Positions 1 to 17,400 of a stretch of 64,000 nt of DNA are shown here, piece by piece. The notes under the pieces are model-generated. The model worked only from the letters and a program-made list of their open reading frames with translations. It was not told where the DNA came from and did not search any database. The position numbers and the translations under genes were made by a program. The stretch comes from Antedon mediterranea (taxonomy: Eukaryota; Animalia; Echinodermata), in contig NC_092670.1 of assembly GCF_964355755.1 (NCBI RefSeq), forward strand, positions 40,164,388 through 40,228,387, read 5' to 3'. The first letter of the stretch is position 1. Each line of letters begins with the position of its first letter.

Positions 1-265
1 GTAGGATGCTTGCTTAGTTTGTTGTGTTAATGTAGAAATTAATTATTCCTATTTTATCAAATACTGAGTACAGGTATCAGTTTATTTAAATGAAATAAAA
101 ACATTTTTTAAAGATCTTTAAAAACACAAGTTGTATAGCACAGTAGTGCACTATCGGAATCCTAATATAAATTAGATGATATAGTACAGGTACTTAAGTA
201 ATAATATTTGAATATGAATTAGTTGATCTCTTGGAATGTTCTCTTTTTATGTAACTTTGATTATA

Positions 266-621
266 CCGTATTTATTTGAATAAACGCCCGGGGCCTATAC
301 TTATTTCCTCGAATAAACGCCCCGCCATATTAATATACACAATATTGTATTACAACACATTTCTTTTTGTAGTAGAATTCATTGACTGACATGACCCTAC
401 AATTTACCAAGCATTTTGATACACTTTTTACTGTGTGTTATCACGTTTCTATATTAATTGTGTTAATCTTTTTCAAATCTATGGCCTATTTAATTGATTG
501 TACAAGGTACCGTAACATACACCCAAAAAAATTAACGGCTCCCCTGTATAAACAGCTTCCTCAAACAAACGATCCCCACCACATCCACCCACCCCTGGAG
601 CATTTATTCGAATGAATACGG
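266..621. mobile_element. Tc1/pogo-like MITE
   Basis: Imperfect terminal inverted repeats CCGTATTTATTTGAATAAACGC ... GCATTTATTCGAATGAATACGG, TA-flanked (right side imperfect); no coding capacity. Confidence 0.5.
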
Positions 622-861
622 GTACTTTAAATACAACTTTTAATTTTGACCTTGTGATTACCTTAAAAGGTATTTTCATTCATGAAATTGAATAAAGTTT
701 TAGTTCAGTAACATTGTTTCAATTTTCATTTTTTAATTAGAACAAATGTTTATTGCTAATCTATGGTTGTAAAAAATACACAAGGGAATGAATGAATGCA
801 AGTATCATATAGTTAACACTATGACATGTTGCACAACTTTGATTGCATCTGGATTATACAT

Positions 862-1090
862 GTCAAAGCAAAGCGTTCCGGAACAATAGCGAAAATTTGA
901 AACACATGAAGCGGTAATGTACAATGCGGAACCAAGTGTAATTTACACTACACATAGATGCAAAAGAACTTCCGTGGACTGCAACATACACATTCGGATT
1001 TAAAGTGCGGTAACGGCTAAGAGTGCTCACCGAAACCCAGGGGGCGAAGAGTTTAAGCGGGGACATTCAGACCGTCTATTATTATTATTA
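862..1090 (+). mobile_element. possible retroposon 3' fragment with (ATT)n tail
   Basis: CpG-rich 220-bp island in CpG-poor surroundings, ending in TATTATTATTATTA; family not identifiable by eye. Confidence 0.3.
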
Positions 1091-1364
1091 ATGAAACCAG
1101 TTTCCAGTCTACATTCATAATTTAAAATATATAATACGGTAATTAAATGCATTTAAGTTCACTATTAAAAAAATAAAAAACAAGTGTACAATATTTTCTG
1201 TACAGAGTGTTTAAAAATGTCCATCTTTAATTTAAGCTATAAATCAACCATCAATTGACAATTATCAAAGTTACTGGAATAAAAATATCCAGCTACCATC
1301 TTAAAGTTGTTGAGCAGCGGGACCTTTACTTGAGTAAAAACTTCACTTGATGTTAGAGACAGAT

Positions 1365-1780
1365 GTACTTGGAGTTGCAATGAGACGGACCTGCTTGAAG
1401 TTTAAGTGACATCTAATTTTGAGTTGTAGCAAGACAGACCTACTAAAAAGTTGTAGGTGACACAGCTGCTTGAAGTTATAGGTGACATAGCTACTTGAAG
1501 TTGTAGGTGGCACAGCTACTTGCAACTGCAGGTGACACAGCTGCTTGAAGTTATAGGTGACACAGCTACTTGCAACTGTAGATGACATATCTGCTTCAAG
1601 TTGTAGGTGACATATCTGCTTCAAGTTGTAGGTGACATTTGCTTTTGAGTTACAGGTGACATATATGCTTGAAATTGTAGATGACACAGCTGCTTCAAGT
1701 TGTAGATGACGCAGCTGCTTCAAGTTGTAGGTGACACAGCTACTTGCAACTGCAGGTGACGTACCTGCTTCAAGTTGTCA
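1365..1780. repeat. 25-bp minisatellite (GTGACACAGCTGCTTCAAGTTGTAG-type, ~16 degenerate copies) just downstream of the PDCL3 stop
   Basis: Visible 25-nt periodicity, e.g. GTGACA at 1457 and 1482; explains spurious ORF 1343..1723. Confidence 0.9.
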
Positions 1781-1804
1781 CAAACTATTATTGGTAGACC
1801 AATA

Positions 1805-4800
1805 TTAGTAGTCATCATCAGAGCTGTCCTCGTTGTTTTCTTTGCCTGTTGATATTGTTAAAGTACTTCTTTGTTTTGGTTTTGGCTTTTCTTCCATGTC
1901 TGTTTTCATTGCACCTATTTGTGACAAATTCCACTCAAGATCTAAAATGTAAAGCAAAACATTTATAGAATTGCAGAATCACAAATGGTGCTTGGGTGTG
2001 TTACGACGACATAAACAAACAAGGTTCTAATGATTGAGATTTGATTAAAGATGTATTGTACCCTAAAAACATGAAAAATGAAGATTAATAAAATCAGACT
2101 TTAAATAGGCCATTTTGCAGTTTTAAGTTATTCACTTCTGTTTAAAAAAAATTATTTCACTGATTTGAAACAGTTAATTTTAACTAAAATCATTGTCTGA
2201 CACTAAACAGACAATTTAAGCATTTTTGCTTTAAATTACACTTTTTTCAGGTAAATTTTTTTTTTTCCGATCCAGTTTTTGGTCAAAGTGGATAACTATT
2301 ACGCGACATTAAAATGGCATGTTCAACAAAAAATTTTGGGAAAAAAATGGTTTAGAGGGACAATATATCTTAAAGTTTAACTGATAAGTTGTGCTACAGA
2401 AACATGGCCACAGACAAAATCTAACCAATCAAAACGTCAACATACCTTCAACTGTGAGGTTCATTCCGCCAAACATTTGAGGTCCTATCAACTGTGCCTT
2501 CATATCATACAAAATCTAACCAATCAAAACGTTAACATACCTTCAACTGTGAGGTTCATTCCGCCAAACATTTGAGGTCCTATCAACTGTGCCTTCATAT
2601 CATTTTCATAATAAACAAATATAGTTGGTAGATTTTTATCTGGGAAGTTTGGAATACAAGTTGTAGAAATGGACTTCAGAAACTTAGTTGCTGGAAACTT
2701 TGCTGATAGCTGACCGAGGTATTGGTTGATGAGGGTACACAGCGGTATGCTTTGTAAAAGAAACAAAATAATTACATTAAAAAAAAATATTTTTTATTAT
2801 TAAATCAATCTATTTATAAAATTAATACTCTCATTAGCTTTAATTATTGAGTGTTTTTCCAAAAGCTTTTGCATTTTTTTCTGCCTATTTTGTTTCAGCA
2901 TTTTTCTAAATCGCAACTGAGTTCCAGTCACGGTTATCAACAGAATAGTTATTTTGTTCAGTTATTTGCCTTTGAGCCTGTTCTCCAATTGCAATATATT
3001 TGCGCAAAGCAAACATTCCTGACTTCCCGATCGGTTACGCATTTTCTCACCCTGACAAGCAGCAGATGAAACTGCATGTGCATTTTCGTAAATAAATAGT
3101 GGAAAACAGGCTTAAAGCTCTGTCCACACTGGCAAACTTTATGTGACATCAAAATATGATGTGCCCATATATGGGCATGATGATGTCATATCACTACCAA
3201 ATTTAAGCATATCACTACTACATTTTTGGGTACATCACACTGTTTTGATAGTGTAGACAGAGCTTAAGAAATAGTGGATGCTCCTGTTGGTTACCTTACC
3301 CTTGTTTGTATAGATGTAAAACAACCCAGACACCATCTCCTGCTTCATTTACTTCTTTAACATAATCTATTCCAGATATTTCCTTCACACTTCCATAGAT
3401 TTCCTTTTGTTGTAATCGTTTCATTTCTGCTAATCTTTGTTGCCTAATTAAAAAAGTAATCAAAGTAATCAAAGTGATCTGCAAGAAGGAAACAAAAACC
3501 AACCACATATTTATTGATTATGCAACAAGAAACAATGACACCACATTTTCATCATTAGGTATAAGAACAATTTAACCTTGTAGTTTTATAGAGGGGGATA
3601 TAAGACCACTTTAACCTTGGTAGTTTTATAGAGGGGGCTATAATTTAAGGCCACTTGACATTTTTATTTATTATGCTTTTAACTTTATGACAACGAGCTT
3701 CACATCGAAATGAAACTAAACCTTGATTCTACACAATTGGTAATTGTGCAACAGGGATGTCACCAGCTTTTTGGAGTGCTGGTCGGCAAATTCCGCCCCC
3801 CCCCCCCCGGGGGGGGGGGGGTACTATACCCCCCGGGGTTGTCGTTATTTTAGCGAAACATAAAGAATTATGAAAATAAATAACAACAAATTGCGTCAGG
3901 TCTAGGCCTAACCTTGTACCACCGGGGAGTCGCCGTTAATATTCGCGAAAACAAAAAAACGCATACGAAATGAATAGCAATAGATCGCGTCAGGCTTAGG
4001 CCTAGCCTTGGTAGACACTACGACCACTACTAGGCCTAGCCAAGGCTTAGATAGATGCCCCAAAATCTGAATTCCACAAAAACAGGCGCTTCCTTATTTA
4101 GGCCTAATCCCTAATCAAATACTGTAGATAAATTATTAACCTAGACCTTAATACTACTTGTTGCTCGATATAATGTTCGTGTTCTTTTGCGCGAGAGTTT
4201 TTTAGCGTATTCGCGAATTCCGGATTTTGTGTTTCACAACTGTGCGGCAAGCATGTAGTGGATGGCCGGCAAGAACAGACACGTGTTTATGGGTTAACTG
4301 AAGTTCAGCAACCTGAAGTTATCCAGGGACGTGTAATTATTGTACCATGCTCGACGATCATTAACGAACGAATTTGCCCGGTCTCACTGAACCATGCGCA
4401 TGTTTTTTTATTTTTTTTAATAGTTCGTAGAGTACAAAAATGTAAAACTAGTAACATAATATAATTAAAGCAGGGTGACAAAACATTCAGCAATTAAAAA
4501 TTATTTTGTTTGGGTCTATGTAGTTGTACATTTTTAATTACTGCGTACTTGTTTGTATTTTTAATCTGTGCAAAATAAAACGCTTGAATGGTCGCTATGT
4601 GAACTTTAAACTTGTACACTGTGCCTGTGTAGCACGTTGTTCGCCATGACTCACAAGCTGTAACAATGAATACCAGGGCAGGGTAGGCCTGGTATTGTGT
4701 TACTGTTACAAATAAAGTAATGTACGTAACCACGGAAACATTTGCTGTAGTCTTTTGTCTTATCTATATGAGGCTAGCTTGTCTGTTATTAACGATGTGC

Positions 4801-6116
4801 TAGGTAAAATGTTTTAGTACGAATTTTAGTTAGGCCTAGGCCTAATATAAATATCGTAATGATTAATAATAATAGTGGTGGTCGGCAGCCTGTAAATCCT
4901 GGTCGGAAATGTTGAGTGCTGGTCGGGGCCGACCAGCGCCGACCAGCGTGGTGACATCCCTGGTGCAATCTTAAAGTTTAGAAAACACAAAAAAGGAATC
5001 ATTTCAAACTGACCTATACTGTAATAAAACTCTTTCATCTTCATCATCTTCTAACTCATCCAATTCATCTATTGTCATTTCTTCATATGGTTTACCTACA
5101 GCAGAATAGAAAAAAAAAAGTTAGAAACATTCATACAGTATAGTAAAACAAATACTCAACATGTACTGTACAGTATGTTGGTTTTCACAAAATAAATAAG
5201 TCTGTATTAGAGGTGTTTATGCTAACCAATCACAATATGTATTCTCATTTAACATAAATTTTGCAGGGCTGTGGTTCCAAAGCTTTGATAGGGTACTGTA
5301 TACCTAGTCATTTTTGTTGAGTGTTGATGAGGATACCTACTTGCATTTGAATTCTGTATCTTATCTTCCATCATTTCGATAATTTGATCCTCTGTAACTT
5401 CCTCCTCTTTTGGGGGAAGAATACCCTTCTGTCGAAGGATGTCATTCCACTCGGTGTCTTCATTGGGATCCTTTATTAAGGAAAGTATTACATTTTAGAA
5501 ATTAAAATACTGTAAATAATTCTTGTACTTTTTTTATTTATTTATGAAATTATAATTCATATATTGTTTAGCAATTTATCAGCAGAGTTCTCAAGTTACT
5601 TCCATGACTTTATGATGATGCCAGGAGTGTCACACAGACAGTTGCTCCACATAATAGGCCTACCTAGCTAGGTCTGAAATCTCAATATTTATTTTTTGTA
5701 AATTAAAAAGTTAGAGATGGTTTTAATTTTATCAAATAATTTTTTTCTTTTTTTAATTATGGTATGGAAAACATTTTAATTATTATTAATACAGACCTAC
5801 AAAATTCAATCACAATATCAAAAACAGGGAATTCCCAATTTTAGTGGCCTGGCCCTACAAGTACAACCATACCTCCATGGTACAACAAAATCTGCTGCTA
5901 GGCCAGCTTACCAGAGATGACCATATTAGGGCATCCATAACAAGCAATACGCAAACCTCGAACTCTAGGTGGGTCCAGGCTATTTACTCGCCTTCTCTGT
6001 CCGGCGGGCCTACCCAAAATATAAACAGTTTTAACTTTCTCAGACTAAAAACAATAAAAATGCTACCTCAAATAGATCATAGCAATGAATATAGGACATT
6101 TTATAGTTACCTGCAT
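1805..6116 (-). CDS. PDCL3: phosducin-like protein 3 (PhLP2A / viral IAP-associated factor homolog), 6 coding exons
   Basis: Phase-consistent GT-AG exons 6116-6111, 5470-5341, 5095-5014, 3443-3300, 2749-2541, 1941-1805 give [27 protein letters not shown]...[23 protein letters not shown]...[30 protein letters not shown]...[18 protein letters not shown]...SSDDDY*. These are the PDCL3/PLP2 N-terminal and thioredoxin-fold motifs. Confidence 0.96.
2045..2374. mobile_element. TTAA-flanked MITE (Kolobok-like), family C
   Basis: Termini TTAAAGATGTATTGTACCC ... GGGACAATATATCTTAA; related copies at ~39042-39282 and ~49498-49797, partial copies ending at 21963 and 23899. Confidence 0.7.
2414..2603. repeat. 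95-bp direct tandem duplication of PDCL3 exon-5 end plus splice donor
   Basis: 2414-2508 and 2509-2603 are identical except for one base; both contain GAAG|GTATG on the minus strand. Confidence 0.95.
3113..3267. mobile_element. PIF/Harbinger-like MITE, family A
   Basis: TIR AGCTCTGTC(T/C)ACACT ... AGTGTAGACAGAGCT with TAA flanks; other copies at 7824-7991, 37563-37693, 37850-38339, 47326-47471, 48497-48636, 54533-54681. Confidence 0.8.
3752..4962. mobile_element. non-autonomous hAT-like DNA transposon in PDCL3 intron 3
   Basis: TIR CAGGGATGTCACCA ... TGGTGACATCCCTG, subterminal GCTGGTCGG repeats, 6-bp flanking duplication GTGCAA; CpG-rich relative to the host intron. Confidence 0.8.
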
Positions 6117-7252
6117 CGTGTTTTACTTGTGTTTTAGGACGAATAAAGTTAGTTAGTCGAAGAATTACGGATTACACACATGCGATGTCTTCCTGTTTAT
6201 AGATTATACCCTTTGACACCGACGACGCATCAACATACCCAAACAACAGAGGGGGCGTGTAGATTTCTAGAATTTTCTTTATCGCTTTTAAATTAACAAA
6301 ATACTAATCATGACCAATGCATTCTCCATGATTCATGTTTTCAATATTTATTTTTAAAATCAATGATACATGATAATTATTATAAATTCATGCTAAAGCA
6401 AGTGTAAAGACTGTTAACCACCGCGGCGCATCTTTTTTTCTGAAAATAAACAACTAAAATTGTGAAACTCAAATCTGATATTGTTTGCAGAAAAGCTACT
6501 ATTTTTTATGATAGGCAATTTATCACTTAAAAAAGAAAAGAAAATTATATAGATGGGTTTTATACTTCAGATATATTATCACCCCCTGAAAAAATAGCTT
6601 TAGCAATTTGTTGTTGAATATATACTTGACAAATTAATGTTCTGTCTTGACAACACATAGTTATTCAATTTGACCAATGGGATGGGCAAAAAATGTAAGC
6701 AACATGAAATAGTCAACCGGAGCTGGCTGTCAGACAATGTTTGGTTTAATTTTGTCTTTTTATAAGTGAAATCTTTATTTTGTTGGTTTTTTTTTTCTGT
6801 GGAAGTAAATAACTTAAATAGAGGTTTGATTTAATTACCATACAGATATTTATTTCATTGCAACACAAGGAGGTAAGGCACAATGCAAGTCATTTGACCA
6901 ATCACAATTATTCAAACTGTCACCATGTCATAGGTCAACTCGCTTGCATCATTGCATTGCATCCTAGTGGAAACCAAGCTCTAAAATTAAATAAAGGAAT
7001 TAAGTGATGAGTCATATAGGTTAGTAAGCAGTAAGTGCTTCATTAGCTGTGCCTCCAATTATCTTGTCTCTCTTTAAATCAATTAAAGATCCAATCCTTA
7101 AGCCATCAGCATATTACTACTTAATCCAGTTGTTGACGCAACAAACTATCTTATAACCCATGATACTAGGTAGCAGACTTTATAGGAGACTAGAGATCAT
7201 TCACTAGGTTAAGATAACCCAATAGACTAGTTCAGTTATAAGTAAACTATTG

Positions 7253-7432
7253 AACAGACTAGGTTATTCACACCAGTTATCAGCAAAGTATTGTTAACAG
7301 ACTAGGTTATTCACCAGTTATCAGCAAAGTATTGTTAACAGACTAGGTTATTCACCAGTTTCATCAGATAACTCATTAATAACAGAGTTGTTTATTCACC
7401 AGTTATCAGCTATTAACAGACTAGGTTATCAA
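7253..7432. repeat. ~41-bp minisatellite (AACAGACTAGGTTATTCACCAGTTATCAGCAAAGTATTGTT)
   Basis: About 4 degenerate tandem copies. Confidence 0.8.
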
Positions 7433-7823
7433 CAACTTTCCAATTCTAAAGTAGTATTTTAAAAAGTTCTTCATTGACTAAAATTACAAAATTACTAACA
7501 TGAAATATGATTTTCAATTGAAAACAATTTTCTCATAAACAGTAGTGTAACATTAATAACCACAACATTTTTAAAAATGCATGTTCTTTATATAAAATTA
7601 ATAGAAAAGTTATTAAATTCAATTGGTTAAATACTATTTTAAAAGCAAAATAAAAAGAAGGCCTTTACAGTGGTTCATTTTGAATCACACAGGCCTGTAA
7701 GGTTTGTAAAGCACAGCCTCCTCCTAAGATATAAATCAAATTCTAAGTTTATTTCATTCTTTAAATTATTCTATGTAGTTACTGCATTTTCTGAATTCTC
7801 ACAGTAATAACACGTATATAATG

Positions 7824-7991
7824 TAAAGCTCTGTCTACACTATCAATATTACTTACTATTTGCGAAATACGGTAGTGATGCTTAAATATAGTAGTGATAT
7901 GCCCAAATATGGTAGTGATATGACATCATGTCCATATGGGCGCATCATATTTTTTTGTCGCATAAAGTTTGATAGTGTAGACAGGGCTTTA
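7824..7991. mobile_element. Harbinger-like MITE family A copy
   Basis: TAAAGCTCTGTCTACACTATCAA ... TTTGATAGTGTAGACAGGGCTTTA. Confidence 0.8.
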
Positions 7992-8417
7992 CTCTGTTAG
8001 CTCTGTTGCAATGTAAAAGTTTATGATGGCAACTATTGAGATAAACAATGTGTATGTTTACCAAAAAACAGCTTGCTAAATAATTGCATAAACTGGTTAT
8101 AAACAACATATAGTTACTGCAGTAACTACAGTAGAATAATTACACGAGATAATACATCTAGAGTATGTTAATTTTCAACACATCAACATATTCATTGGAG
8201 ACCAATAATCCATCTTCATTGATTGTAATGTAAACAACTCTCAACACAGGTTTGTAACATAAATTAACTGGAGGCAGCGGTGGGTGGAAATCTGTGCTAC
8301 GTACGTATAAAAGGTTTGATAGTACAAAAACAAAAAATGCAGAGATCTATGGCCTGTGATTTGTAAACTTAAATGGGCAAAAAGTTCAAATTAAAAATTA
8401 ACTATGTTTTCTTTGTT

Positions 8418-8543
8418 TCTGGTTATGAGAGACTAGTTTTCTGTGTGTCTGGTTATGAGAGACTAGTGTTCTGTGTGTCTGGTTATGAGAGACTAGTTTT
8501 CTGAGTGTCTGGTTATGAGAGACTAGTTTTCTGAGTGTCTGGT
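8418..8543. repeat. 30-bp minisatellite x4 (TCTGGTTATGAGAGACTAGTTTTCTGTGTG)
   Basis: Direct tandem copies at 30-nt spacing. Confidence 0.9.
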
Positions 8544-9514
8544 ATCAGTCATGTAAAAATCATCTATTATTTTTCAATTTTAATAGAATTTACATAGAAA
8601 CTCTTTGTTTATATAGATATCATATAGATGATTATAATTGTACTGTACAATTATGGGGTTAGTAGCAGTGATCAAGTCCAATTTGGCCTAAATAAATAAA
8701 ACGTTAAAAAATATATTTATAAATAATTTTGGTCAAACTGGTATCACAGTATAAAATTAAATGATTTGCACCATGCTTACATTAGCTTCATATTGACAAA
8801 TTATTAATGGTTTTCTATGGTTTCTATGGATATAAATGTGGATAAAAAAAAGTTAAACATTCAAAATATAAGACAGATGTCCTTATAGGTGAACTAATTC
8901 CTTTCACACAAGTTATCAATCATGTACGTAATCAATCACATTATCCTCATTCCCTCGTGACTTTTGAATAATAATGTGAATTAACTACAAATTTTCCTTC
9001 AAACTTGCAAGGGAATGATCAATCATTTTATTATCTAAACCTAAAGTATGTTCACACTGACCTCGAATTGGAGAAAACTTTTATTTGGCTGTTACGCTAA
9101 AGTGTGGTTTCCACTAGCGACGAAGCGCAGTGACGTATTGACGCAAAGTACTGTATTGCGTAATCACAAGTGGAAACCGACGGCAGCAAACATCGCAGGT
9201 TTAATTTCACACAGGCGGGGAAAACACAATTATTGGAAGGGAATTTTCTTATGTTGCGTAGGCTGTTTAGTGGGAACCCAGCTTGTAGCTTAAATCTAGA
9301 GAATTGGGATTTAGAACCTTTTGAAATAATCAAATTTGATTTTAAAATTCTTTCAAATATTACATTATTACAAGTGCATTATTACAAGTGCACAGGCATA
9401 AATTACCCTCCATGCTCTTCTTCTACTTCCTGTTATTTCTGAATATCTTACTTGAACTTTAACCTTTTATATTGTGCTGGATATTTAAACTATATTTGTA
9501 CAATGTTCATTTAT

Positions 9515-13660
<4,146 letters not shown>

Positions 13661-14166
13661 GTTGCTCAATTACCAGTATCAGCAGCAGTACAGATGATAA
13701 GTATAAAACACTTCTTTTATCTCTAACTTTGGTAATTCAAACCTGGAATAGATAACACAAACACAATTAACAAGTCTATAATACCAATAACATGTACTTT
13801 TAGCTGTTTTCCTAAGCAAAGAACTATTTTAGACCACAGTAGATGAATTAATTAATTAATTCCTCCATCCATGTTTGTTTGCCAAAAGTATATTACTGTA
13901 TGTACAAATATGAACATTAATCAACAAACAACAGGAGGAAATAGACTGTTTCCATAGGAAATTATTAAGAATAATTATAAATTAAATGACCCAACAAAAT
14001 CAGAAATATAGCAGAACAAAAGAACTTAAATTACGTAACAGTTGTTTAGGCCAAAAAAAAACCATTGTTAATATTATTACTGTATGAACAAATATAATCC
14101 AATGTTCAAGTATAATCAGCCCTCCCTAACTCAAGCCAAATTTCACTGATCGATAATTAATGCACA

Positions 14167-14403
14167 TATACGACCCCCGGGAGAGGTGCGTCATTTGTCC
14201 GATGTGTGTGCGTAAAAAACTTTAAGCGACCATGACGCACCCATTTTTACGCACTGTGACCATGTTGTTCATGATATGGTGGGTGGTAAAGTGACAGACA
14301 TTGACACACCATTATTCATTGATGTGACGTATCATCACAGTTTTTTGAAGCACCCTGTGTCAGTAATTATTTGTAAATGACGCACCCCTCACAAGGTCGT
14401 ATA
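14167..14403. mobile_element. TA-flanked MITE
   Basis: Inverted termini TATACGACC...AGGTGCGTCATTT / AAATGACGCACCC...GGTCGTATA. Confidence 0.6.
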
Positions 14404-17400
14404 GTGGGTCAACAATTGAAAAGTGCATAATCCAATCCGTTCCCTAAATTTCATTCCACACTACTCACTGGGTCATTCATACAGTTAAAAACCTGGATCT
14501 TCATTATTATTAAATTCAATATGCTGCAACCCATTTACTTTTTGGTTAGTTAGAGTAAAATGGTATTTATACTAGTGTTGTGTTAGTAAAATTACAATAA
14601 TATTAATTCACTGCTATTTGTATCTTAAATTGTTCATATTTAGAAGTTATTGTGTATCTTCAACCAAACATGATTGTTGAATGCAGTTCATTATCCATGC
14701 TTGATATGTCGTCAAGACAGAGCTACGCTTTTCATTTGTGATGACCTACAGTACATAGGACCTAACAAAATTGTTGATGTTCCGCAATTACTGTACTGTA
14801 CTGTACAATAAAAGAAGGTTCTAAGGCACGTCTATGATGATAGAATCCAAGCTGCTTACTTTGGACACCTAGAACCAACCAAATTTCGTCAGACGACTTA
14901 CAGTAGTGGGGGTTGAAATTGGTGGAGAGCCTAAAAATGGTGAATTATTTTAGGTGCCAAACTGCAATTAGTGTCCTATCTTTTTCATTACAATTTGCAA
15001 AATTTATGGGAGCCCGGGCCGGCTGCATCCCCACCCCCTGAATCCGCCTATGAGACTTGACAGAAATTGCCAAATCAAACTCATTGTACTGTATGCCATA
15101 GTAATGGCTTAAACAAATTAAAACTCCCTACTCTAGTGTGTAGTGATCTCAAATAGTTGTTGTCCAATCAGGTAGAGTCTGTTTAATTGAGTATATCACA
15201 AGGGTATAGTGCGAGTACAAGTGGCAGGTATTTCATTGGATAAGAACATTAAGTCATTATACTTAGTGTTTAATTGAGTATGTGATGGTTACAAGTGACA
15301 GGTATTATTAGATAAAATAACCTCACAAATGAAAATATAACCAGCATGCATTTTGAATGTCAAATTTTAAGCCGATTTCTAAAGTGTAAGTTTGGTACCC
15401 ACTAGAGATGCAACGCAAGGACAAGCGCAACATAAGTGACTTGACCAATCATAAACAATGGATTATTCAAACTGTCGCATTGTTATTATGTAACAATTAC
15501 TGTACCGTGTACGTGATATTATTTCTATCTTTTGGAAATACGTCAACGTACATGCATCATATCTATTATAGGTGTACCTAATAAAGTATTGTATCTTCCC
15601 TACTGATCAAAATTGAAATAGTATCCAACCTCACATATCAACTATAATACCTAATAAGGAAATAAATCAATAAATAAATACATTGTAAAATGTCTTTTAC
15701 TTTAGAGGTAGTTTGTTTCTATTTAATGCATATTTTGCATAATCAAGTCATTTATCTCTATATCTCACGTAAACATCATATCGTAAATATTTACAGAATT
15801 ACACAATATGTGACGTTGAAGCTTGACTCATTGGTAAATATGTAAACTTGGCAGGCCTGACATTTGACAAGATCACTTAAAATTTACAGTTTTTTAAAGG
15901 CCAGGTGCGGGCAACTATTGATCATACATTCCAATAATTATCGATCTATAGTTTCCCATACAGTATGTTTCATAATTTTTGGGATTTTATTTGTGTTACA
16001 CAAGCTTGTTGAAAATAAGCACTTTCACAGTAAAATGTCTATTCTTTTTGTAAATAGAGAGGCATTTTAAAAAGCTATGAAAAATAAACGGTGTGGTAAA
16101 AAATGTTATCAGATGACTAAATATAGGTAATATAACTAGTATTTTACATTTCTGGTATCTTTATTCAACTTCAGATTGTTATTATCCACCGTATATCCAC
16201 CATCTTTTTTTACTTTCTAGGGAGTCACCAGACACGTTATCTGGTTAATTGTACATAAATCAAGTATTTGTAAATAATTAATTTTCCTTAATATGGTAAA
16301 ATACAAAATTTGGCAAAATTCTGCCATAAAAACTAGGAAGACTTTTTTTCAGTAGTTACAGTAGGTAGTTTAACCTAATGCAATATATTATATTTAAAAT
16401 TCACGCCTGTACCTGAGCTTTAAAACCTTGCCTTTAATATCTTTGCTTTTTTTCCAATACACAGTAGAAGTCAATTAAATTACAAAATCCTAGGAGATAT
16501 ACAGTAAATATAAGATTTATCAAAAATTTCAAATACAAATGTTAATTGTACAATTGCAGCAATCCAATTAACAAAATACTTTTAGCCTCCACTCCCTTCA
16601 AAAACTAAATCTCAAATACTGTAGTCTGTACTTATACCGTTGGGACAGTCAAGTTTTATCATCATATTTTATCTCCACTGCTGTAGCTACAGTATAAATG
16701 TAAAGGGTGTTCCAGTGACTGAACCACGGTAGCGAGTTGACCAATCACACATTTGAATAATCCATATCTTAGCGTTGCGTTACAGTACGTCCTTGCGTTG
16801 CGTTGTGTCCTAGTGGGAACCAAGCTTTAGCTTTAAAGCTTTTGATTAAAATTATACGCTACTGAGTAGGCTAACAGTAATAATACTTAAAAATAATTAC
16901 AAGCAATACTATTATATTAGATATAATCTAAAAATAATAAATGTGGAACTGGAAAACATGTAATAATAGTTTCTTCTTCAGTTTTTACAGTGTCTGCCAA
17001 CATTGAAATATACAGTAATGAATAGTACTGTACTTTACATTATTAAACATGTTAAAATTCAGCATTTGACATCTGAAGTACAAACAGCTGACAGGCCAAG
17101 TGCAGAGCGTAAAGTGAATGTCAATTTACAGTTAATTTGCTTTTAAATCATCTCCAAGAATTTTAAAGATTAACTAAAGGATAGTGTAACCAATGAAAGA
17201 TACTGTCCGAGCAAATACTGCAGAATGAATGTGGATGGATGGACCGTTTAGTAACAATAAGGTGGAAAGGAGGCATTAAAATAACCAAAGTACCATAACC
17301 CTCAAAAAGAAGCCCAAGGGCTTCTTTTTTTCTAATTCTTGGATGGTCTTCTTTTCAAGATTACTTTTCCAAACCAAAGAGGGAGGCTTCTTTTTTAGAT

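Noticed and set aside
1343-1723. 126-aa ORF
   Set aside because: Arises from the 25-bp minisatellite downstream of the PDCL3 stop.
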